From NCBI GenBank assembly GCA_002794465.1, contig MTSL01000187.1, positions 8,098-34,553 of the forward strand: DNA of 26,456 nucleotides, given 5' to 3'. The notes beneath the pieces are model-generated. The model was not told where the DNA came from. It searched no databases and saw only the letters and a list, made by a program, of their open reading frames with translations. The position numbers were made by a program, and so were the translations under genes. Positions 1 through 9,114 of this stretch are shown here, piece by piece (within the stretch, counting starts at the first letter, position 1; every line of letters begins with the position of its first letter). Origin of the DNA: Paramicrosporidium saccamoebae KSL3 (taxonomy: Eukaryota; Fungi; Cryptomycota).

Positions 1-112
1 GAAGAGCGAGTCCATTTGACTATTGTCATATCAACTCACTGGCAGATAGGATGCATTATTTTACATATACGCACATAGGCGCATAGACACACTAGTAACT
101 ACAACTACGACT

Positions 113-1985
113 TTATTTAAAGTTTTTCAGATACCGCATGAACGTTGTAGGGGTAAGGATAGAGTCTCCGCCAACAAAAAAGTCGCGCTTCAAAGACGAT
201 GAAAGCTCGTAGGCACTGCGTATCTCTGAATAAGTGACACCACCGATCACATAACAAAAAACTGAGCCAGCAGTGGAGGAGGAGGTGACAGTAGGCTTTG
301 CCCGCAGGGATGTTGCAGCGGCACGACCAACAGCAGCAGGACCAACGTCGCCTTTGATGGCAGGAAATTCGAATTGGTCGAGTTCCTCAAAGGCACAGTC
401 CTCCATGATGATCTGGAGGGCGGGATGGAACCGCGAGACATCATAGGCTGGCGGGTCGTCGAGACAGGATCGACGTTTGCTCCCTTTGGGACGGGCGGAA
501 GGCCGCTGGCGATGATTAGTATTGTCAGCCAACACAAGCAGTTGTCGCAACATGGCCGTGTCATCGGGAGACAAACGCGCATGTTCAAAGAGAGCACGCC
601 GCTCTGTATCAACCAGCTTTGATGGATTAGTCAGGAGATAGATGGCCAACAGCCGCGCCCGATCGACACTTTCCAAATTTTGACGGTCAATGATTTGGGC
701 CAAATCATGCCACATGTCCTTTATAGCATCGCCTTCATTGTCGACCCCGGTGACCATATTCTGTTCAATTCCGGCAACATCGATAAGCTGCTTGCGATCT
801 GAAGCGCCCAAACAATCTTGGGCAATAGACAGATGCAGAGCAAATTCGCTCTTCATCTCTTGGAATTCGCCAAGCGCCGACATTGTGTCCTTTAGCTCTG
901 ACAGCGATGTAACATCATTTCCCGACGCAGTTGTGCGTGACTTTACTGCAGCCTTGTTCTCTGTCAGGAATTTGTTGAAACGCTCAATAATCAGACTCGA
1001 GCAATCCGCAATATGGGCATGCCGCAGCATGAGCCAGAGGGGATCCCGCTCATCCAGACTGACCGTCTTTTGCTGAGGTTCTGTGGAGGTGGAAAAGGTG
1101 TACTCATAACGGGTACCATCGGGGCCCAATCCAATCAGATCATTGGCCATGGCCTGCACTGAAAACTCGCGAAGAAAGGGAGCAGCCAAATCCACAGTGC
1201 GATCTGTAATAATAAGAGTGGAGGCCTTTGTGGGACGCAGATCCAATTTGGCTGCGAGTTCTTCCAATTTTTGTTGAACCCGCACCGCAAGACGAGCGGA
1301 ACGATGATCCGCCACAGTCTTTCTATACCGAACACGTGGAAGTTCGCCCATGGTGACACAAGCTGCCGCAATCTGAGACGCCATTGCGTCCAACTCTAAT
1401 GACAATTGTGGAGGCTCCGGTCCGTTGGGGATCATTGGCGCAAAAATTTGAGAAAAATGTTGGGCATCGCGGGCTAAATGGAAACAACGACTTTCGGGTG
1501 CCACAAAATCCAAGTAAAGCTCCTGCAGAGTGGCCACGTGGGGAGCAACGGCCGTTTGGGCCAACTCATTCATCAGCGCCTGTGAGATCCCCGTGGTGAA
1601 GAGCAAATGCGCCTGTCCATACATTGGACCCGTCCTTCCAGACGCAAGCCGTTTGGTGGGAGGAGTAAAGTCTTTTCCAATATGCACAATGTTCTCTTTG
1701 CTGGCTCGCACAATATACACCGCCGACATCGCGGGATACGGCTGACGTCCAATGGTAATATTCTCCACCAAAAAAACGCCCACATCCAGGATTTCCGCCA
1801 TGCTAATGCTTGCGTCAATAATCTTGACTGTGGACATGTCCAGAATGATAATCTTTTGTCCACCCGTCACCGCCTCCACTGCCTTCAGCAACCCTACCGC
1901 GTGTTAAAATAGCAAAACAATCTGTACGACTTCGGACCGTCTCGCGGATAGACCCGGGAATCACTTTTGTCGTTTCTGTAGACAT
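113..1985 (-). CDS. SEC1: Sec1/Munc18 (SM) family syntaxin-binding protein, ~612 aa, 2 exons (1985-1928, 1893-113)
   Basis: The ORF has SM-family motifs (LILDxST, RxPYPxxxAVYI, DRTVDLAAPFLREFSVQAMANDL, YDVSRFHP, YVIGGVTYSEIRSAYEL, GGDSILTP). The track start at 1891 is TTG. A 34-nt intron 1927-1894 (gtacag...ttttaacacgcggtag) joins it to an ATG at 1985, giving MSTETTKVIPGSIRETVRSRLLKAV. Confidence 0.93.
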
Positions 1986-2284
1986 TCTTCCCCTAAGATG
2001 GTGTCACGGCCGTCTTCTTCACTGTCGTCGACACGAACAATGGAGAACCAATCATCGCCACATTTCAATATGCTAGAGTTCCGCCAATCACAATACCCCA
2101 AAATGTCAACAACTGTACTATTACTAGGGTCCTCTATGTGGCGTAGGGGATAAATCAGCTACATCCGATATAGCATCAAGGCAAGGATCCAACGAAAGCT
2201 AGTTTTATTAACTGTCAGCCTGATTTTATAGGGCCAGCCCCTTCATTGGATCCTCGCCTTAATTGTACATTAGACGTGGCTGAT

Positions 2285-3235
2285 TCATCCCTTGTGGGAT
2301 AGTTTTCCCTCCAGGAGAGCTTCCAGTGATTGAGCATCGTGGTCAAAACGTTTAATGCCATCTGCTAACAGGTCTGTAGCCATCGGGTCTTTGGCCAGTT
2401 CGGACTGAAAGGTTGCTTGGCTCACATGAATGACATCTTTTATAGTCTCCTCCTCCACTCCAACATTAATCGTTCTCGTGACAGAGGTGTCCATTCCCTC
2501 GAGCTGCTCAAGCAAGGCTGGGGAAATGGTTAACAGATCAATGCCAGCAAGTTGAAGGATTTGTCCGGTGGATCGGAAAGACGCTCCCATTACAACGGTC
2601 CTGTAATTGTGCTTTTGGAGATAGGCGTAAATGCGCTTCACAGACGACACTCCCGGATCGACGGAAAATTCATCGCCTCGACGATTATACCAATCTGTAA
2701 TGCGTCCAACAAAGGGAGAAATCAAGGTTGCACCGGCCGCTGCCGCAGCTGCTGCCTGCACCAGGGAAAATAGCAATGTGACATTGCAATGGATTCCCTC
2801 CTCTTCCAGGATGCGCACTGCTTGGATTCCCTCCCAAGTAGCGGCAATTTTGATTAGGATGCGAGCACGGTCTATTCCATTTTCTTCGTACATGGAAATT
2901 AACTTTCTCGCCTTGGCCACCGTGCCTTCAGTGTCATATGAAAGACGTGCATCCACCTCTGTCGACACCCGTCCCGGAATAATCTTGAGATATTCAGTGC
3001 CAAAGTTCACAAGCAACCTGTCCAAGGCCTCTGCTGACTTGGAGCTGGTAGACTGCTGCTTGGCATACTCAATGGCCTTATCGATAAGACTGGAGTAGGC
3101 AGGCAATTTGGCAGCCGACAAAATAAGGGACGGATTAGTGGTGGCATCCTGTGGTTTATATTTCCGTGCAGTCTCAAAGTCTCCCGAGTCGGCGACAACA
3201 GTCGTCAGAGTTTTTAGTCCTTCCAACGAATTCAT
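2285..3235 (-). CDS. TAL1: Transaldolase, 316 aa
   Basis: Motifs VVADSGD, DATTNPSLIL, GRVSTEVDARLS, ILIKIAATWEG (Schiff-base Lys), ISPFVGRI and VMGASFR. The likely start is the ATG at 3235 (MNSLEGLK), not the track start at 3304. Confidence 0.97.
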   Translation of the reverse strand: MNSLEGLKTLTTVVADSGDFETARKYKPQDATTNPSLILSAAKLPAYSSLIDKAIEYAKQQSTSSKSAEALDRLLVNFGTEYLKIIPGRVSTEVDARLSYDTEGTVAKARKLISMYEENGIDRARILIKIAATWEGIQAVRILEEEGIHCNVTLLFSLVQAAAAAAAGATLISPFVGRITDWYNRRGDEFSVDPGVSSVKRIYAYLQKHNYRTVVMGASFRSTGQILQLAGIDLLTISPALLEQLEGMDTSVTRTINVGVEEETIKDVIHVSQATFQSELAKDPMATDLLADGIKRFDHDAQSLEALLEGKLSHKG

Positions 3236-3319
3236 ATGGTTAGTAAGGTGATTGGCTGACTCGTTATTGAGAATTGTGAAGAATTTGATAAAAAGTTGGA
3301 TCACAAATTGGTAATAAAC

Positions 3320-3403
3320 GAAATCAAAATTGAAATCGAACTCGGACTCAAACTCAGACCCAGACCCAGACTCAAACGTGAACCTGAGATCAAAATCGAA
3401 CTA
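3320..3403. repeat. Degenerate hexamer tandem array, 14 units (consensus about RRAMTC)
   Basis: gaaatc aaaatt gaaatc gaactc ggactc aaactc agaccc agaccc agactc aaacgt gaacct gagatc aaaatc gaacta, read directly from the sequence. Confidence 0.75.
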
Positions 3404-3460
3404 GCTTTTCTCCCCCGCCCACGCACCGATTTAATGCAAAAAAACTATACTCTTTTCGGG

Positions 3461-4306
3461 ATGAATTCCTTCTTGGGACGGCGGCTCTTTCCGTTCCGCA
3501 GCATAGTGAGTATCTCTGGACGAAATGAATTTACCGTCCGGCATAGACAGCCAGGTTCAGATGGACCATTGTCCAGCACAGATACAAAGCCGACTGCAAT
3601 GCGTCCAACATTGCTCCGCCATCAGCGTCAGACTGCTACGCCAGAAGTTGCGACTAATGGAGAGGAAACTATTAACAGGGAAGCTGTGCGACGGAAAACA
3701 TCTCCCTTGGAGGCAGTGGCAAATGCATCTTCCATTTCGGGACTGGTAGTGCGCTTATTAAAGATGCGGGTGATCAAAAATATGACAAAGAATGGAAAAT
3801 ACGCTCGTTTCAGCTCTTTGGTGGCGGTGGGGAATGGACGCGGAGCAGTCGGCGTGTCTCATAGCAAGGCCATTGCCGCTGCAGATGCAGTCTCCAAGGC
3901 AACAAAGCAGGCAACTCGTTTAATGGAACATTTTCCCCGCTGGCAAGACCGGACACTTTTCCATGATGACATTGTCAAGTTCCAGGCGACCATTTTGATA
4001 GTCCGTCCCGCAGCACCAGGTGCAGGTCGTCGATGTCATCCGGCAATTTCAGAAATCTGTCGCTGCATGGGGATTAAGGACATTTCCGCCAAAGTGCATG
4101 GCAGTAGACACTCAATGAACGTTGCAGAAGCCTTTCTCATGGCCCTACGGAGACAAAAGACTCCTGAAATGGTTGCCCAAGAGTCTGGCATGCGCATAAT
4201 TGATGTTTTAAAAGTTTACCAGGAAGGCTGTGAGGAACTCTCGCGGACCCTTAGATCAGAGCGATATTCCACCTTGGATCTCAAAAGACAATGGAACAAC
4301 CAATAA
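3461..4306 (+). CDS. MRPS5: Mitochondrial ribosomal protein uS5m, ~281 aa (alternative ATG at 3434)
   Basis: S5 domain: RVIKNMTKNGKYARFSSLVAVGNGRGAVG, RTLFHD, RPAAPGAG, ISEICRCMGIKDISAKVHGSRH. The N-terminus is Arg/Ser-rich and presequence-like (MNSFLGRRLFPFRS). Confidence 0.9.
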   Translation: MNSFLGRRLFPFRSIVSISGRNEFTVRHRQPGSDGPLSSTDTKPTAMRPTLLRHQRQTATPEVATNGEETINREAVRRKTSPLEAVANASSISGLVVRLLKMRVIKNMTKNGKYARFSSLVAVGNGRGAVGVSHSKAIAAADAVSKATKQATRLMEHFPRWQDRTLFHDDIVKFQATILIVRPAAPGAGRRCHPAISEICRCMGIKDISAKVHGSRHSMNVAEAFLMALRRQKTPEMVAQESGMRIIDVLKVYQEGCEELSRTLRSERYSTLDLKRQWNNQ

Positions 4307-4424
4307 ACCCGCTTTATTACACTATTGCGAGTCACTGTGGATATGTCGATGGATCATTGACGGATCAAGTCTCATAAAAGGTTTCCACCACAAATACAAA
4401 CCGAAACCTCACAGCCTCATGGCC

Positions 4425-5318
4425 TTATGATTGCTGCTCTTCTTCCTTGAGAGACAGAATGTATCGGGGCGGAACGGGCCGTTGAGGCACCTCATCGTCA
4501 GAAAACTTGACCAAAAAGTCCTTTGTTTTCTTTCTCCTTGTTGGAGTGCTGATGACTGTGGCAGGGTACAGACACGTCGTTCCAGGGAAGAGTGCCAACA
4601 CCTGCTGTTTGGGCTTTACGCTCTCATCAATTGAATCAGCAAGTGGACGCACCTTTTCCTCATGAACAGTATATCGAGTCTTCACTCCTCCTTTGGTGGG
4701 AGATCCATTTTCTCCCTCTGCATCTTCAATCTCATATGAATTCTCCTCTGGAATATATCGCAAAATGGTTCCCAAGATCCAATCCTCCTGGGTTGCTTCA
4801 GCATCCACCAGGCAAAGCATGGCCACCTCTGTCCCGACATTTAAAACCTCCATAGCGGACGGCATCTCCAAAGGAATCTCCATGGCGTCCACAGATGGAG
4901 AATCTTCAATCACAATCTCCTCCTCCACCGCCAGCTCTAACTCATTCTCCACTATCGGTTCCTCCACCGGTTCCGGTGCAGCAGGGCTCACATCTTGGTC
5001 AACATCCATGAAAATTTCCTCCTCTATCACCGTTTCAGACACAATCTCCTCCTCCGGCCTCTTTTCCTCGGCCTCTTGCATTTGCTCCCGGACCCTCCTG
5101 CTAGCCTCATTGCTCACAGTCTGAAGAAGTGTTGCACTGTCCAAAGCAGTCTCATAGGCTCGCAGTAATTTAACGACGCCATGTTTTGAAACCATTTGAT
5201 CCTTCTCAGCCAACCTTTCGTGTAGCTTTTGAAGCTTACGAAACTGGTGGTCATGCTGTTGGTATTGCGACACTACCCTACCTATTACTAAATTTAGTTC
5301 CTCAATAGAATCATTCAT
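4425..5318 (-). CDS. SGF29: SAGA-associated factor 29 (tandem Tudor, H3K4me reader), 297 aa
   Basis: N-terminal coiled coil. C-terminal tandem Tudor: EVAM...DWILGTI...YEIEDAE...VLALFPGTTCLYPATV...FLVKFSDDE...VPPRYIL. Confidence 0.88.
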   Translation of the reverse strand: MNDSIEELNLVIGRVVSQYQQHDHQFRKLQKLHERLAEKDQMVSKHGVVKLLRAYETALDSATLLQTVSNEASRRVREQMQEAEEKRPEEEIVSETVIEEEIFMDVDQDVSPAAPEPVEEPIVENELELAVEEEIVIEDSPSVDAMEIPLEMPSAMEVLNVGTEVAMLCLVDAEATQEDWILGTILRYIPEENSYEIEDAEGENGSPTKGGVKTRYTVHEEKVRPLADSIDESVKPKQQVLALFPGTTCLYPATVISTPTRRKKTKDFLVKFSDDEVPQRPVPPRYILSLKEEEQQS

Positions 5319-5344
5319 TTACATGCCCCTGTCCCGTTTACTGT

Positions 5345-6370
5345 TTATAATCGGCTGTAAATCTCGGCCACGTCTGCTAGCAGGCCATGAACCGTTGGTT
5401 TTGCACCAGCTCCATTTCCTTGGATGCTAATTCCATTTTTAAAACGGTTCGTAATAATAGTCACAATATTTTCACATCCGGTGGCCCTTAGCAGGGGGGA
5501 CGCCTGGGAGACCTCTCTCAATCCAACCCTCACCTCTGCTCTACTAATTTGCGCAATGTAACGGAGGTACGTACCCCTCTCTCTGCACTCTTTTCGGAGT
5601 CTTTCGAGTTTTCCATCTAATTCAGCAAGAGATCCAGGGCCAACCAGCGAAGATGCCACAGTTGCAGCATCAATCACCTTTCCGCCTATCAATCGGGCGA
5701 TGATGGTTGCTTTCCTAGCAACATCCATACCTTCCAAGTCGTCAAGAGGATTAGGCTCTGTATATCCAAGCTTTTTTGCATCTTCAAGTATTTGCAAAAA
5801 GCTCTTTTCATCGTCGCGTCCATCGTCAAAAGGCATGAATTCGTTGAACAGAAAGGCCAGTGTTCCGCTCAAGATGCCGTCAATCCGATCCACCTGATCT
5901 CCTGCATTGATAATCGACTGGATAGTTTTAATAACTGGCAGTCCTGCCCCTACAGTGCTTTCAAACCCAAACATGGGCAATTTCAAACCATTGAGAGGCA
6001 AGAGTCCAAAGATGGACTCTACGCCGCTAGGCCCCTTCTTGTTGGCAGTGACAACACTCACGCCGCTACACAAATGTCTCTGATACTCTTGGGCTACTTT
6101 TTCACTTGCAGTACAGTCAACAAATACAAGATGATCACAGCATTTCTTTAGCTCTTCTGACTCGTGAAAGTGCACTGGTGTGCTTGATCGTTCCAATTCC
6201 ACTCGCCAATCTTTACTTGGATTGTGCACCAGCTGCTTGGAATTACATAGAGCCAGCACCTCGATCCTCTGTCTACCAAAGAATTCATTTGATATGAGCT
6301 CATCTGCAAGTTCTGCCCCTACAGTCCCCACTCCGACCAGCACCAAACCAAGTTTACATGCAGGTGACAT
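5345..6370 (-). CDS. HOM6: Homoserine dehydrogenase, monofunctional fungal type, 341 aa
   Basis: Rossmann GVGTVG, VFVDCTAS, VVTANKK, FESTVGAGLPVI, GILSGTL, GYTEPNPLDDLEGMDVARK and GAGAKPT motifs. Confidence 0.96.
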   Translation of the reverse strand: MSPACKLGLVLVGVGTVGAELADELISNEFFGRQRIEVLALCNSKQLVHNPSKDWRVELERSSTPVHFHESEELKKCCDHLVFVDCTASEKVAQEYQRHLCSGVSVVTANKKGPSGVESIFGLLPLNGLKLPMFGFESTVGAGLPVIKTIQSIINAGDQVDRIDGILSGTLAFLFNEFMPFDDGRDDEKSFLQILEDAKKLGYTEPNPLDDLEGMDVARKATIIARLIGGKVIDAATVASSLVGPGSLAELDGKLERLRKECRERGTYLRYIAQISRAEVRVGLREVSQASPLLRATGCENIVTIITNRFKNGISIQGNGAGAKPTVHGLLADVAEIYSRL

Positions 6371-6375
6371 GTGCG

Positions 6376-6383
6376 TGATTGGT
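6376..6383. promoter_or_regulatory. CCAAT box (TGATTGGT) in the 29-bp HOM6/TMEM234 divergent gap; one example of a motif recurring upstream of many starts
   Basis: Matches the NF-Y/HAP consensus CCAATCA. Other copies near starts are at 2047, 2083, 3249, 8089, 8974, 17214, 18607 and 18639. Confidence 0.55.
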
Positions 6384-6399
6384 CAACGACGCATTACTA

Positions 6400-6854
6400 A
6401 TGCTTTTCTACATCTTTGCTGTCGCGTTCCTGTGGGGTGTCACAAATCCTCTAATCAAAAAAGGCAGCGCAGGGCTCGAAGAGCTGAAAGATAGCCCAAA
6501 ATACAAGTCAAAGTCGCTTTTGAAACGACTCGTCCTGGACCTGCGATTCCTAGCGACCACATGGCAATACACGCTCCCGCTCCTGCTGAATTTAGCGGGC
6601 TCGGTTTTATTCTTCTATTCTCTCGGTTCAGTTCGTATTCACAATCTTGGTTGTTGATAGTAGAACTATTACTGCTTGGACCGTTGACAAATGCGCTGAC
6701 CTTGGTCATTGGAACTCTTACAGGCGTGACTATCGGAGATCCGTTGCCCAGCAAAAGTACTGTATTTTGGCCTGTGTAAATTCTAGAACAGTTTGGAGGG
6801 ATATTATTAATTCTAGCTGGAGTTACACTATGCTCACTAAATCCATCTTTGTGA
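6400..6854 (+). CDS. TMEM234: TMEM234-family small multi-pass membrane protein, ~131-132 aa, 3 exons
   Basis: AVAFLWGVTNPLIKKG and YTLPLLLNLAGSVLFFYSLGS...PLTNAL match the family pattern. Intron 1 is about 6635-6660 or 6635-6663 (boundaries ambiguous). Intron 2 is 6757-6786 (gtactg...ttctag). The last exon reads KQFGGILLILAGVTLCSLNPSL*. Confidence 0.82.
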
Positions 6855-6891
6855 AATTCATCTTCATATACACTTTGACATGATATCATTT

Positions 6892-7308
6892 TTAAACATA
6901 TTTGGATCGGTGGGGATGTTGAGTCAACTGTGGAGATCCGCCTTGCGACTTGTCATGTGATTCTCTAAACGTATCTTTGATTCTCTCCATGAGCGGGACA
7001 TCAGGATCCGCTTGCAGACGAACATTGTGCTTTTCGATCGGAACTTTAGTCGTCTCGTCAAGACTCTCCTTGCTGGACTCCACACCAGAGACAATAGAGT
7101 CTTTGGCTTGGTCGGCATATGAAGGATTTCTCGGCGTAGGCTCCGTGGTCATGTCATGCAATCCACCACGTATCCCCTCTTTGCCCTCCACCGTCGTTCC
7201 CATGACTACTTGAGTTCCATGGCGAAGCCCTTCCACGGCACCATGGAGAGTCTCACTCACCGTTTCAGCTGCGCGGTTCAGCATACCTGTCTCGCCTGGT
7301 CCTGGCAT
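6892..7308 (-). CDS. Small hydrophilic orphan protein (hydrophilin/LEA-like composition), 138 aa
   Basis: ATG-initiated ORF rich in G/E/T/S/H, with no Cys or Trp. It shares the motif ETxxGxxxGLxHG with the neighbouring gene. Function is inferred only. Confidence 0.7.
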   Translation of the reverse strand: MPGPGETGMLNRAAETVSETLHGAVEGLRHGTQVVMGTTVEGKEGIRGGLHDMTTEPTPRNPSYADQAKDSIVSGVESSKESLDETTKVPIEKHNVRLQADPDVPLMERIKDTFRESHDKSQGGSPQLTQHPHRSKYV

Positions 7309-7600
7309 TCTAGCTCGCCGTCACGACAAGCAGACTCTTAATGCTCGAATTAGCCTTTCAACTCTAAATCCTCATTTATTATTGGTGCAGCATGTCACGT
7401 AGCGGGGCCATTGATTTTATCAGACAATAAGAGACGATAAAAGAGGAAAACTCGTTCACTGTCGGCCACTGTCAGCCAATGTTAATCTAGCGGCCTAATA
7501 CTAGTCTCGCGAATACCGTACTAATCCGGAAATAACAATGATACATATCTTACTCTCCTCAAGTACCCAGCTAACCGATTCATTTTAGACTTTATCACGC

Positions 7601-8002
7601 TTATACGGAAGGAGTCTCCCCCTTAGCCTTTGATGCAGATTTGGTCGCGACTCGGTGGCTATGATCAGAAAATTCATCTGCTGATCCCACTGCTCGCAAC
7701 GGTCCTGCCGCGTTGCCATTCATTGTAGGTTGTTCATAGATATACGTCTTTCTTCCGAATGAAGCTAAACAACATATTAGTCACTCCATGAAAATCTAAC
7801 AGCGTCTTTCGCGAAATGGGGAAAGCTCTTTCACTCGATTCTCTGTTACCGGCGCATGTTTAATCGCTTCAGGAGATCCTTCGCCAATCTTGAGTCCGAA
7901 GGCAATCTCTACTCCGTGAGAGAGACCACCCGAGATCCCCTCTGCCGTTTCCTTAAGTCGGCCGGTAATGGACAAGTCATTGTGATACTCCTTCGACGCC
8001 AT
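7601..8002 (-). CDS. Small hydrophilic orphan protein, 121 aa, 2 exons (8002-7801, 7764-7601)
   Basis: ATG at 8002. A 36-nt intron 7800-7765 (gttaga...gactaat...gtttag) removes the TAG and opens an exon absent from the track: SSFGRKTYIYEQPTMNGNAAGPLRAVGSADEFSDHSHRVATKSASKAKGETPSV*. Confidence 0.68.
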
Positions 8003-8053
8003 AAGCAAAGAGTCAACCCAGGGTCTTTATTTCTACAATGGTCAACCTTAACC

Positions 8054-8959
8054 TTAATATCCATGGTAGTGGCATTTACATTTTCCTGTGATTGGGTCAC
8101 TGGGGGCCTCAAGATCAGAAACTTTACGAGCCATCCCGTGGGGATGACGATGCACTGGACAATAGTTGTACAGATCATCTATGTCGTCGAACCATTCATC
8201 TGCCGCACTTCCGCCATCATCCCCCAATGGTGTCTCTGTCATATTAGCAAGGAACATGTGAAAGAGTTTCGAATAATTTCTCCCACCAAACCAGTACATA
8301 TTCTGCCTGCGAGGCGCTAACGATACACGTCGGAGTGCCAGTCCAGCGACAGGTGCCAAAGATGGGAGGCGACTTACAAAGGGAACAAGAGCTACACGAC
8401 GCAACTGGATCGATTTACTTCCGGGAGAAATAATCTTCTGATAAACTACCTGAACCCCCTCGTGTGTCGTGCCAACCACCATTTCATACAGGCGACGCAC
8501 TAAACGTTTCATGTAGCATAACGCCCTTTCAATGCCCTCTCGGATCATGTCCCACGATCCCTTGGTGTTTCCATTCACATAATCTCTTTTTATGGCATAT
8601 AATTGAATTTTCTTGCTTGAAGCTTCTCGCAGAGCTGGTTCGAGTGCCGCCAGTTTCTCCGGCGACAAGTAGCTAATAGTGGGAGGAAGCATCAGATGTT
8701 CATCATATGGCACTCTTCCAGGGCAAAGATACTCCCCCGCTTGTTTAGGACTGAAAAGCCCTAGGGCCTTCAGTGGAAGCGACAACAGCTCTCGCTGGGT
8801 CGCTTGGCCCAGATCAAGTGCAGAGGCTCTGAAGCGCCCTTTTCTCAAAAGCACATGTATCAAATTGGGATTTACAACTTGATCTTGGTAGAAGAGCAGT
8901 GATGAGATTTGCGGAATCAGGCAGAGAATACAAAACGCAAGCAGCAGCTGCTCAACCAT
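8054..8959 (-). CDS. Putative secreted orphan protein, ~301 aa
   Basis: Long ORF. The ATG at 8959 begins a signal-peptide-like segment, MVEQLLLAFCILCLIPQISS (upstream in-frame ATG at 9031). The C-terminus is Cys/His-rich. I recognise no family. Confidence 0.7.
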   Translation of the reverse strand: MVEQLLLAFCILCLIPQISSLLFYQDQVVNPNLIHVLLRKGRFRASALDLGQATQRELLSLPLKALGLFSPKQAGEYLCPGRVPYDEHLMLPPTISYLSPEKLAALEPALREASSKKIQLYAIKRDYVNGNTKGSWDMIREGIERALCYMKRLVRRLYEMVVGTTHEGVQVVYQKIISPGSKSIQLRRVALVPFVSRLPSLAPVAGLALRRVSLAPRRQNMYWFGGRNYSKLFHMFLANMTETPLGDDGGSAADEWFDDIDDLYNYCPVHRHPHGMARKVSDLEAPSDPITGKCKCHYHGY

Positions 8960-9040
8960 TGTTTCCTTGGCGAGCCAATCACATCCGACTGTTTTATCAC
9001 TGCCGTCGATTGGAGAATTCACTTCAATCATCGCGCAAGG

Positions 9041-9114
9041 GGTCCTTTAGCTCAGTCGGTTAGAGCGTGGTGCTAATAACGCCAAGGTCGACAGTTCGAT
9101 CCTGTCAAGGACCA
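9041..9114 (+). tRNA. trnI-AAT: tRNA-Ile, anticodon AAT (IAU after editing)
   Basis: Acceptor stem GGTCCTT/AAGGACC, D arm GCTC/GAGC, anticodon arm TGGTG-CTAATAA-CGCCA, T arm GACAG-TTCGATC-CTGTC. A T4 tract follows at 9116-9119. Confidence 0.97.

Noticed and set aside
1961-2158. Open minus-strand frame LIYPLRHIED...DDSEEDGR...QK upstream of Sec1
   Set aside because: No ATG or workable upstream exon, it overlaps the Sec1 first exon, and open frames of this length occur by chance.
3296-3460. N-terminal extension of MRPS5 shown in the ORF track
   Set aside because: It starts at TTG and translates the hexamer array; a presequence-like start lies at 3461 (or 3434).
8044-8057. Telomere-like AACCTT repeat
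   Set aside because: Only about 2 copies, internal, and overlapping a stop codon.
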